Below are positions 39,001 to 51,000 of a stretch of DNA of 64,000 nt, one piece after another. Under the pieces are notes generated by a model. It saw only the letters and a program-made list of their open reading frames with translations. It ran no database searches and was not told the origin of the DNA. The DNA lies in the NCBI GenBank assembly GCA_965112155.1, contig OZ218115.1, one strand, 5' to 3'. This stretch comes from Podarcis liolepis (lineage: Eukaryota). Both the position numbers and the translations under genes were made by a program. Numbering within the stretch: the stretch's first letter is position 1; every line of letters starts with the position of its first letter.

Positions 39001-42000
39001 CAAACAAGGACTGCTCATCTCATTGCCAATGACTGTTCAGGGACACACTTAAACAGTATTAGAGTGTGGCCTGACTCAGATCTAATGCAAGACAACAGTG
39101 AAGGAAGTTTAGCTATTATTTAGCATTGACATTGAAACAGATAAGGCACAGTTGATAGCTGTTGCTCCACTTTTGCAGGCCACTGTAGCTAGAAGGTGAA
39201 ATGCTGAGCAGGGAGCAAAAGCAGATGTTTGGAAGCCTGGAAGCCTTAAAGCATGTTTGGGGACCTTAAATCCATGGTTTGGTGTGGCCCAAGCCAGGGG
39301 TGTAGTGTGCCAGGGGTGCCATGGCCCCAGGCGCACCATTTCTGACCTCAGTGCTTCTCTCCACTCGCCAAGGATCCCCCCTGGCCAGGATCCCCTCTGC
39401 GCAGGCAGGCAGGCAAGTGTCTCAGGGCAGCCCTGCTTTGCTCCAGCGGCAGCGCTGGTGGTGAGGGTTGGGCTGGCAAGCGCTCTCCCCAGGCGCCGGC
39501 AACCAACGCTATGCCACTGGTCCAAGCACAAGAGTGAGTGAGTGAGTGTTGGGAGTCAGGAGAAGCATGGCTCTTCCCTTTCTCCTTGCTTTCTACCTTA
39601 CTTCTCCCTCACCCTGCATTAGCCCTGGAGAGCCCTCCCAAGTACAGGAACTTTAAAGGGTCAAAGCTTCTAAACATTAAATGAGGCAGCAAGCAACAGC
39701 TATTAGGATACAAAAGGATCTGCTGAACTGGGCAATAAAGAAGGGAGCGGCTGATCTCTGCAGAGGGAGCAGAAACAGATTGCACAACTTTGTCTATTGT
39801 TTCCTTAGCTGTCAGCAGAAGAAGAGGGAGAGAGACCAAGGGCAACCCCTTCAATGAAAAATATTCTCAGTGTCGTTTTATGCAAGAAAAAGTTTCTTCT
39901 CTGCTCCCACTTAACTGACAATCCCCACCACTTGTAATTACTTGTAAGCCCACCCACCTGTCTGGGTTGCTCCAGCCACTCCAACAGAATAGGAAGAACA
40001 CACAATGCGGCAGACAAACTCTGATGCGAAGTGCAGCATCCTCTCTCCCCAATAGTAGGCAACATGTATAATGACACAAGCCACTTATGGGGCCAGAAGG
40101 GCAGTGCTTCCAACATGGACACTCCACTTAGCCATTGGGGGCTAAAGCCACTGGGATATATTTTAGAGGAGTCTCAAAAAAGGTAAAAATATACACAGAA
40201 GGGTAGCTGCGCCAGCTTGTTGGGAACAAATACAGTACAATCAAGTCTTGTGACAGTCTTTAGACAGACAGACAAATTCATTATGGCATAAGCTTTTGTG
40301 GCCTCAAAGGATGAAAGTGAATGGGTTTCAACTGACAGAATTTGTTACAGAGACTCTTGTTTTGCTATATTAAAAGGTAGAGGCTGTAGTAAGGCCAGGG
40401 ACAAGGACCTGGTGAAGCTCAGAGTTGGCCCAGGGGCTCGGTTCCAGTTGCAGTTGTCCGCACACAAAGAAAAGTAGTGCAAAGTCAGGAAACCACCACC
40501 TCAACAAGGCAGAGGGCTGCATCCTGGGCTCTGGGAAGGGAGCATCCCAGGACCCTCCTGCAACCTGCCCTGATCCCAGTAAGCAAGAGAAAACAGCTGA
40601 GTGGCGGGGGTGGGGGGTGGGGGTGTTAAACAAATGGAGAGTGTAGGCGACTGGCAAGTTTGACCTGCTCTCCATTTATTTATTCTCTCACCCATCCGCA
40701 TAGGTTGCGATTGTGTATGTAACGTGAGCGTAAGTTGCGGGCCCACTGTTTATGGTCTCCATTCTGGGGCAGTGGGCCAGAGCAAGCCCCCTGCAGTTCT
40801 GCCCACAGTGTCTACCCCTCCAGAATGGAGCACCCTCTGAGCTTCCCCCTCCAGCTCTGTTGGGGGGGGCATCAACAGAAGACAACTAGCTTATCAGAGC
40901 TGTGCTTCCAGCATGACCAGTCCTGCCCTGGGGCTTCTTGGCCTGGACTCCAGGTGACAGAAGCCCTTCTACACTCACCTTGCCCGGCTTCTGCACAGTC
41001 CACTGTGAAGTAGGTTGGCTCGTGAGCCTTCAGGCCAGTCTTTGCCACACCAGGACCATACACTTTCACTTTGTTGGGGTGGCTGCCAGCACCAACGTTG
41101 ACCTAGAGTGAGAGATGGAAAAACAATGTGATGTAACATGTGATTAGTAATTAAATCTACACAACAAGCACACCAGCCCAGTAAGACCCTGCACACAGAC
41201 AGCTATAGTCTACACCTGACCTAGCTATCTGCTTGCAAGGGGAAATAAGTTTATTTAGCTACTTGGTAAGGGAAAGACACAAAGAAGCACAAAGTTGGAA
41301 GGGTCCCTGAGGGTTATCTAGTCCAACCCCCTGCAATGCAGGAATATGCAACCTTCGTGTTATCAGCACCATGCTCTAACCAACTAAGCTATCTATCCTT
41401 TTTTTGCTCTCAGAGTGTGATTTGGGGGTAGGGTGGAATACAGAGAACACCAACCCTGTAGGGACTGTTGGGGATGTTGACTCTGCCCCATGACACCATC
41501 GCTGTGTGCTTTACGGGCTTCTTGGGCAGGTAGGAGCAGCTGTAGGTGCCATTGCCATTGTCCTTCACAGAGACATCCACAGGGGATCCTTCAGAGTCCT
41601 GCAACGGAGAAACAAAAACAGTAGTCCTTCCTCTGTGGTAAGATCAGCATCCTGGAAGCCTCTTCTCCCATTCTTCATAGTGACAGCACGAGATAAAGCT
41701 ACGCCCCCTCCGTAGCACAAGCACCAAGTCTCACCTGTACTTGCACCTTGAGAGGAGCCTTTCCACCACTCTTGGCATCTACTGTGAACTCAGCTGGCTT
41801 GTTGACTGCAACGCCCGTTTTCTCCAAGCCTGGACCATGGGCTTTGACCTGGAGAGGGGTTGGAAGAGAGGTGTGAACTCCAAAGCAACTTCTGCACAGT
41901 TAGAACACACTGCACTGGTCATCATAAGGTTTACAGCTAAACCTTCATTCAGCAGGAATGGCTGGAGCATGGACACAACACTTGAGGTTGTGAGAGCTGT

Positions 42001-45000
42001 GCCAAGCACACAACTCCATGCTGGAAATGTTTTTTGGGGACGCTACTCCCATGTAGCTCGAGCTAGTCTTGCCCAGTCCCCATCTGGAGTACTTGGTGGT
42101 GGGGAGAAGGGCAGCAGAACACCACTGGCTGACAGCAAATCAAAATAAAAGTTTGGATTGCCAAAAGGGACAATGTGCTTGAAGACCTCTTTCTACCACT
42201 GCCACTCCTCAACCAGAAGCACCACTCAACCCTTCCCTTAACTGTGACCTCCAACTACCAGGCTCTTCCACACAGTCATAAAACCTAGAACCTTTACAGC
42301 CAAGATCAGCTTTCCAATAATGTGTATGCTCACACCAGGAAGAGCAGTTGGCAATACACCCCTACAGACGTGGTTGTGACGAGTTCTCAAGCCACCAACA
42401 TGGGCCAGTTACTGGTTCTCAGTTCTGCTTCCCTCACAGCCTTATACATAGACACACAAGAGTGCCAGGATGCACCATCCCAAAAGGAGTCTCCTTCATG
42501 CAGACACTTACCTTCTCTGGGTAGAAGTCCTTGGGAGCAGCTTTGATTTCCGCCATGAAGGGGCTGAGCTTGATGTCTTCGTTGTTGCAGAGCACATGGA
42601 CTGCATATTCGCCTGGCTCCTGGGGCCAATAGCGCACATTGCAGGAGCCATCGCCCTTGTCGTCACACTCAATCTTGGCCTGCGAGGGACCCTCCACAGA
42701 GAAGCCTGCCAGGAGCACATGCAGAACCAGGCATTAGCTCACAGTTAAACCAACACTCGGAAATGCCTATCCCAACAGTTACGTTATCCTGAAGACTTGT
42801 ATTTAGCTTAAACACTGATAGCATATCAGCATCTAAGGCTGACTACTTAATCCTACAAGGGTTCTGAAGGCTGCTTAGAACTAAGTGAAAGTCATTTAAA
42901 CAATTTTTGAATACACAGACAAGGTAAAAGTAACAAAGGTGGCTAAACAAAGCTCCACCTAAGCAAAGGCCTTAAACTGCCCAAGGTGACTGCAGCTGAA
43001 GGGGCAGGTGGGCTTCCTCAGGCAAAGAGATCCCAGGTAAGGATGTTACTGGTTCCCTGACTGTCCCTTTTCCCTGAACACCAAGTCATACCATCCAGGA
43101 ACCTGGAGGCTCCTTTAGCGTCAAGGCCAATGCTGACCAAGAAGCGCATCCTTCAGAAATCTGCTTGAGCTTTGGAGCCATCTAAGCTAGGAGGCCACAA
43201 CACTGTGACAATGAATTCCCCAAGTCAGTTATGCATTGCGTAAACACCAATGCCATAAATGCCAAGCCACTTCCGCTCCTCTCCCAACTTTGCCGGTTAC
43301 CTAGTGTGCCAACGTCATCACCAATGGCTTCCACCACGAAATCAGCAGACTTGCCGACCACGCCTCCTTCCAAGCCTGGCCCCCAGGCCCGCACCTTCTG
43401 GTTTGTACATTCCGTTCCCACTTTTACCTCAAATGGGCTAAAAAAAAAAAAAAGGCCGGGGGGGGGGGAATAAAAAAACATTTATGTTCGATCTCAGCCT
43501 TAAGATAAAATGGATTATCTTAACAGGCCGATTTGCTAATGAAACTTGCCTGCTCCAGTTTGCTCCAGCAGTGCAGCTAGCACACTTGCAAGTCATCACA
43601 TGAGGAGGTATCAGACTGCAGAACAAGAAAGCTGCAGGAAGCCAGCCCTATCATTTGGTAGACTGAGGGGCCAGCTGGTTTTGTGTGTCACAAAAGGACT
43701 GCAAATGGTTAATTTATTACAGCTATGTTGTACTCTGCCAGGGAAAGGAGTGGCCCTTGTGGGATTTTCTGCCTCAGGTGCCAAAACAACTTGGCTGATT
43801 GAGCACTTAGGCTTGGAGACGGAGTCATCAATTGCTCCACTTAAGCAGCAAATGCCTTGGTCAGGCCCTGTGCACTCTTGCTGTGATTGGACAGCCACCC
43901 ATCCCCAAAAATACAACAGGTCCCTAATTAAGTCCTACTTAATCCGTTTGCCTAGTTATAAATCTCTTGAATAGCAGATTGTGTTTGCCCCCTCACCCCT
44001 CAGGGATTTGTGCAAAACACGGGAACATCTGCAAGTTTGCAGGCTGAAAGAGAACACTCATTCCCCCAGAAGAGGAGACATATTGCACCAACGCTAGATC
44101 TCCACCCCCTCTGGAAGTCACGCCGGCTTCTCCTGTTGGTTAATTGGAATCAAAGCCCCAATCTGCTCTGTTTTAAAGTGTATTTTACCTAGGATTTTAG
44201 TTGTGTGGTCTGTTTATTTTATTTCTTACATTTATTAAATTTGTACACCACCCTTCATCCAAAGCTCCCAGGGTGATTCACAGCATTAGTTGCTTTTTTC
44301 ATGGAAACTGGACCAAAGTGAATTATAAAGCAAAGATTTCAACCAAGTATAAAAAACCAAAACACCAATAAGATATGAAAAGACAGGTCTAGAAGATGAG
44401 CAAGGAAGATGCAACAAATGGGAGAAAATAAAAGTTTTTGCCTCTTTCCATAAACTGATAAAGAGGGTAACCAGGAATGCCTCCCTGGAGAGAGGATTCC
44501 ACAAGCAGGGAGCCACCACCAAAAAGGGCCGTACTCAAGCTGCTGCCCTCCAGACCTCCCCTGGGGAGGGGGGCACATACTAAAAGGCCTCAAAAATAAG
44601 GTGTTTGGGGACCTCTATTTAGGATTGAGAAGTAGTATCTAAATTTTTATTCAAATATAAATGAAATGAAAACTCTACAGCTGAGACCATCAAGTTGAAT
44701 GCTAGAAGGATCAAGGCAAGGAAGAGATTCAAGGCACCCCTATAACTCATAGTATCTCCCTGAGTCTCAGCAAGCATCCCTTTCCTCCTCTCTTTCAGAT
44801 GGAAATAGTTCCCCCCCCCCTTCCCCAGCCTTCCCGCTTCTTACCTGCGGGGGATGTGCTGCCCACCCCAAGTGATTGTGACTGTGTAGTTGCCAGGAAC
44901 TGTGGGGTAGTACTCAAAACCATACACCCCATCTCCCAGGTCCTTCTGCTTGACACGTTCCTCAAGTCCTTCTGTGGGAAGAGATTGTGGTGGTTGAGGG

Positions 45001-48000
45001 CAGAAGGAACTTCACAACATACAGAAAAAGCAAAACAAAACCCATATACCTGCCAGTTACATATTACCAAGGAAGATCATGCAAGCATGCCCTCACCTTG
45101 CAGAATATAAGCCAATGAGTTCTTGTACATCATGTTTATCACAAGTCTCAGCATGGCTCCCAGGGAGAGCTACTAGGGTCAAATGCCCACTGGGTCCATG
45201 AAGCACACGGAATATACCTGATCTCAGTCACTATCCCAGTCTTACTCCCAAATAATAGAAGACAAAAAGGAGGATTCAACTCTTATGCACACTATTCTGA
45301 GCACCCTGGAGGAAAGGCAAGATAATACAATTGGGAATGCTGCCAAGAACAAGTATAGGTTGGGAGTGCTTCACAGGTGGAAGAGCATCTGCTCTGCATG
45401 AATGTATGCAGGTCCCTAGTTCAAATCCTGGTGTCTCCAGGGATGCCCTGTCTAAAATCCTGGAGAGTCACTGCCCATCAGTTCAGACCAGGGGTGGGGA
45501 ACGTCTGGCTCATGGGCGAAATCTGTCCTACCAGGCCATTTCCCCAAACCATGCCCACCTGCCCACACCTGGCACCATATGCAATGTCAGGTGTGAGGCA
45601 GGTAAAGACTCAGCTAGATTCCCTGCAGAAAGTGGGACTGAACTCTAGCACATCAGCTAATGTGCAGGGGGTTCGATCGCACTTGACCGCTATCTCCCTT
45701 CGCTCCTGCTGGTCAACTTTGACAGGTTTGCCCACAGGGTTTGGTCAAAAAGATTCCCCACCCCTGGCTAGACAATATTGAGCTAAAGGAGCCAGCAGCT
45801 TCTTACCATCCTCACATTGGCAAGGAGGTGGGGCTGGTGGGTGGGACTCTGGTCTCCCCTCACCCTGGTGCCCATTTGCATTCAATTCCCCCATCACACT
45901 TCTCTAGTAACTGCAGCCCTTACACCAAAGCCCCATGGAAGGGGCCTGGATCAAAACACTGACACACAGCTGCAACCAGCTTAAGTACAGCTTGCTGTTT
46001 GGCAGCTCCAAAGAGTCCTGGATGTCGTAACATTATACTGCGCTCTGCTCCCCACCACTGACAAACCCAAGCATCCCTTGAGGGCTCTTTGCAGGCTACA
46101 GCCTCCAAGGGAATAAAATGCAGTCACATTCTCAAGATGTTATCTTCCAGCTGGGAGAGATCTTCAGCTCCGACAAATGTCTCAGGCTCCTGAAGTCTGC
46201 CTGGGGCCTAGTTACCCAACCTCTGCTTTGAATGCTTGCGGCTTGAACCCAGGGTTAGAACTGTCAAAATCCAGCTCCTCCATCATTCACATACCTCTCT
46301 GCATTGCTGCAGCCTCTCCTTCCAGCCCAGACAAGAACCCAATTATGTTTTCTACAGTGGTTTGTGGCTCTGCTTGCCCCGCCATGACTCCACAACAGCC
46401 ACTCAATTTACTGCTTTGCTTCCTTGCCTCAGCACATTTCCATGCTTGCACAAAGTACAAATGCCACCATCAGCCCCTCCTATAGACCAGTTACACTTGC
46501 ACCAGAAGAACTTCCTGCTGCAAGACCCAAGAATTTTAAAACAGTCCATGGGCAAGCAAGCGAGATCGATAGCTTCTTAGGCTTCAAAGAGTTTCTAGAG
46601 CTTGCCATGTCTGAGAGTCAGTGGAGCGCAAATCACCACGTCCCCATCAATGGATGCTCCAGCACAGAAGAAGCAACAGCCTCCTGTGCAATCAGCCTGT
46701 TCCCTCATTGGTAATAAAGAACTCTGCAGCCGTGTTAGAAACCGAGTTATGAAGGCTAGGAGCTAAATGGCACCTTAAACCTAGGTTATGGGAGCAACAA
46801 GGGAATGGCCAGGCACATTTTTTTATAACAATACAAAGCTGAAGATGAACTGCAGCTAAAATATGTTCATTTTGCACATGGTCTGGTCCTTCCCCTGCCC
46901 GCCCCCTAATATTCTTAAGAGGGTCTCATCTCCAGTCTTCAGAGAGTAGCTGGAAGTGGGGAGGCAGAAAAAAGTCCTCCTTTCTTTCCACTCTGCAGTT
47001 TTAATCTGAAATCTTAGGCACAGTTCTGCGCCCAGAAACCTCTCGCACTAATGAAAGTCCCTGTCACAAAATGTGCTTAGAACAATGGGTGTTTTGAACA
47101 CTGCTCTGCAGTTTCTTCCTGTTCCCCAAACAGATCTGGGCATGCACTAGCCAGATGGGCTTTGCAGTATACTGCTTGCCTTCCAAAGGGGCATTACCAT
47201 AGAAGCTGGGCGTCTGCTTTAAGACATGTGCAGCAGCTGCACCCCGAATGCCTCTGAGTCTATGCAAAGTGTCATCAGGCTCCCAACACTTCCCACACAG
47301 AGTAATTAGACTATAGCACTTCCAGGCCAAAAGGCAGAGCTTCTGGGTTAAGTGCAAATCCCACCCTCCCATGTCTGAAACACAGAGGGTGGGGAAGACC
47401 AACACACACACTGGACTTACTTGGGCCTTTTATTGTCACTTTGAGCTCTCCGCTGCCAGCGCCTTTTGTGTAGACCTTGAAATCTGCTGTCTCCTTCACG
47501 CGGACACCTTTGGGCTGGAGGCCTCGACCCACGGCCCGGCAAGCATTTGGGTTGCATGCTGTAGCAGCAGAGAGAGGGTGGCAGAGAGGGTGAGCGTCCC
47601 TATCGAGTCCAAGTAGAATTCCAGTTTTCCCAACTGGGTGGGTCTTTGCCATCATTAACGCGCCAGGCATTCAACTAGCTCCGCCCATGAGAGGAAGGCC
47701 GGATCTCAAGCCCATAGGCTGCTCCTCTGGACAGAAGCAACATGCACCCTTGCCACAGGTCCCCACCCACACCTGCCAAGAGTGAAATACCATTGGCCCT
47801 GGATCCAGGCGCCGAGCAGCTGGGAGGAGATGAGTGCCAGCAGAGATCCAGGGAGATGGCTCTTCAGAGTAAGAGAGGACAGAGCAGAGGAGAGCTGGGC
47901 CAGGACAGGTGGAGGTAGGCAGAGAGGAGAGGAGAAGCGTTAGGAGCAGAACAAAGAACCACCCCCCTTCTGGTCACAAAGAGGAAACCAAGCAGCAGCA

Positions 48001-51000
48001 GTGGTGTTAAGGTTAAAAGAGACCCCACCAAGAAGCCCCGTGCCAGATGGGAGACTCACCCTGGCCAATGGTGACCGTATATGGGCTGCGGGGGATGGGG
48101 ATTCCCCCAAAGGTGATGTAGATGGTGTAGGTGCCCTCCAGAGTGGGCTTGTAGGTGCAGCGGTAGGTGCTATTGCCTTTATCCTCCAGCTGCTGCTCCA
48201 CTGTCCCTTTCTTGCCAGTCGGATCTTGGATGATTACCTCGATTTCCCCAACACCAGCACCTGGGGGGAGGGATTAGGGTAAGATGAAGAGAGGCAGGTG
48301 TTAGGTGGAGATAGTGCATGCAACCTTAAGTGTTCAATTACGGGAAGGCCTTTGATCTGGACCAAGAACACAGCAATGGGTTTCCAGGGGGAAAATAAAG
48401 CCCTGCACAGCTCCTTGCCATTTTCTGTAGTTAGCAGTGCTGTGAAAGAGAAACATTATGCAAGTTTTGCTTGCTCTATTTAATTTACGTAGGAATTGCA
48501 GGTTTCTTGGGGCAGCATTTTAAGAACAGAATTCAAGTGCTATTTATACTGCATCCCTACCTTCCATGCTTAGGGCACCCTGTAGCCAAGCACCTAGCAA
48601 TTAAAGACATTTAAGAGCAGCCTTAAAATTTGTTTGCAGCTTCTTTCTAGCTAGTGGAGAAAACACCACAATGTCCCCAAGTTAAAACTTCACTATGTTT
48701 CAGCCTTTGGTAACAGACCCATTTCTGAAAGCAAAGAAATGGAAGATTTGTTTGCTACAGTGACTGTGGGCTGCATGTTATGCTCTACTTAGCACTGGAT
48801 AGGCTTCAGCTAGGATTTAGTGGGAGACCTTTCATGCTTGCAAGATGAGGCCAACAATTCAGACAGACTTGCTTAGGCAGCAACTAGCCTGGAAGCAAAG
48901 GTACTCATCTTCAGCCTCAAGAGTTCAGAGGAGACTATTCTAACATCCAGCTATAAATAAAAATGAAACGCCAAGACAAGAGACCAATTGTTTGCAAAGG
49001 GCTGTTGGGACAAGGAAGTTGCCTTTTGCCTGAAGGGAGAAGAGCCGAGAGTTTCAAGGCAGGCAAGGAGAGAGGGTGACATTCCTGGATAAGAGAATCA
49101 AGGATGACTGATCTCAAAGCAAGCTCTACTGTGTACTCTGAATCATTGTTTCATTTCATATCCTGCCACGTTGAATACAGTATTACTCAGGGCAGTTCTG
49201 AATTCACAATTACACATATGAAACTTAAGAACACGTGGAATCATGAAACTGTATATTCCTAATATAAATGTCTGATCATTCTGCCTCCTACACTATGGCA
49301 TGCTGAAGCAACAGGCATAAACTTCACCACAATGTTGACCAACTAAAGCCTGGACAGCAGGAGCAGAAAGCAGTTCCTCCAGCCACAGCCTACCTTGAAG
49401 GAGTCAGAGTGGGGCTGTTAAGCCAACTAAGCTGCCCTCCTCCATGGACAGCCTTAGGCAAGCTACTCACTCACAATCTCTTCCTTTTGGTATTCTCTGT
49501 AATCCTCCCAACAATCTTATGTGAAGCACTGGACACTTAAAAATGCTATGTGTAGCCTGACTTGTTCCCAGCTTGGAAGCCCTCCCACCCAGAGCTGTTA
49601 GTCTCTGAAGACATGTTGCTTTGACAAGCAACTCCGAAAGCAGGAGAGCTAGAAAGGTTCCACTTTGGCGAGAAATTGAAGCCTCCAACACAATTACTCA
49701 GTTCATAGTGAGAAAAGTTCTCCAATGACAGTTTATTCATTGCCAACAATTCAGGTGTCCCCAACACAGTACTCCCCCCCCCCCAGTGTTGCTGGACTGC
49801 AGTTCCCATCCTCTGACCATTGGGGCCAAGAATGCTGGGGCTGATGGGAGCTGGGGACCAAGAATGGACCAGGTTGGGGAACGGTGGCTAAAATATTTAT
49901 AACAAGTTTCTAAGAAACCAGCCAACTACGTCATTTGCTTTCAAGCTGCGTCCAGGCTTCAGCTGGCCAACACCCTTCCACCCTCTCAGAACCAGCACCC
50001 CGCCCCCATCCACTGACCAGCAGTGAAGATCTCAAAGTAGGTGGTCTTGTTGGCAATGTTGCCCACCGGCTCCAGGCCAGGACCCTGGGCAGTGACCTTG
50101 CTGGCATCCCCGTGCGATTTGTCCACATTCACCTCAAAGGGGCTCTTGGCAATGTGCTGCCCAGCAAACAGTACCGTCACCTAGAGCAAAAAGTGAAGGT
50201 CGTCAAATGTTGATCACTGAGATGAAGGCCCAGTTCCAGAATTTTCTCCCAATCACCTACACGATATACAGACTCTTACCTTGTGGATTCCTGTCACCTT
50301 TGGCACATACCACACAGAGAACGTCCGGTTCTTGTCATTGTTGGCAATGACCTTCGCCTTGAGGACAGACAGAGGAAGTTCAGTAGTGGTTGGTATTCTA
50401 CAACCCACCCAAAACACCCCCCATAACTCTTCCGCCTCAATGCCTGGCCATCCAGACCTCCAAGGACACACTCCCAGGGGGACTCACTTCTTCCCGATGT
50501 CCAGCAGGGTCCTCCACATAGACTAGCACTTCTCCCTGGCCAGCACTGATCGTTTCAACGGTGAACTCTGCCTTCTTCTTCACCATGTTGCCTGTGGGCT
50601 CAATGCCTGTGAATTGATCAGACACAGTAGTAACTGTACCACCCCTGGCCTGTGATGCCATCAATTTGTACAGCAGTGGTTCTAACATCACCTCTACTGT
50701 ACAGCCTAGATGACCTCAGGAAAGCCCACAAATGCTAGCTAGAGCTGATGGGAGAGCCACAGAGATGGTACAGAGCAAACCATCACAAGGCAATCACAGG
50801 GTGTTGCAAGGAAGAGGTTAAAAAAGCATAAAGGTAAAGGGACCCCTGAACATTAGGTCCAGTCGTGGCTGACTCTGGGGTTATGGTGCTCATCTCACTT
50901 TATTGGCCGAGGGAGCCGGCGTTCAGCTTCCGGGTCATGTGGCCAGCATGACTAAGCCGCTTCTGGCGAACCAGAGCAGTGCATGGAAATGCTGTTTACC

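Noticed and set aside
41355-41395. tRNA-like sequences (also 63408-63447, 45370-45440 and SINE heads) as tRNA genes
   Set aside because: Incomplete cloverleafs embedded in SINE or CR1 context.
11015-41492. Idea that the WGR and KHLR substitutions are genomic A's corrected by RNA editing
   Set aside because: Both are fully explained by CpG transitions, and I saw no complementary intronic sequence.
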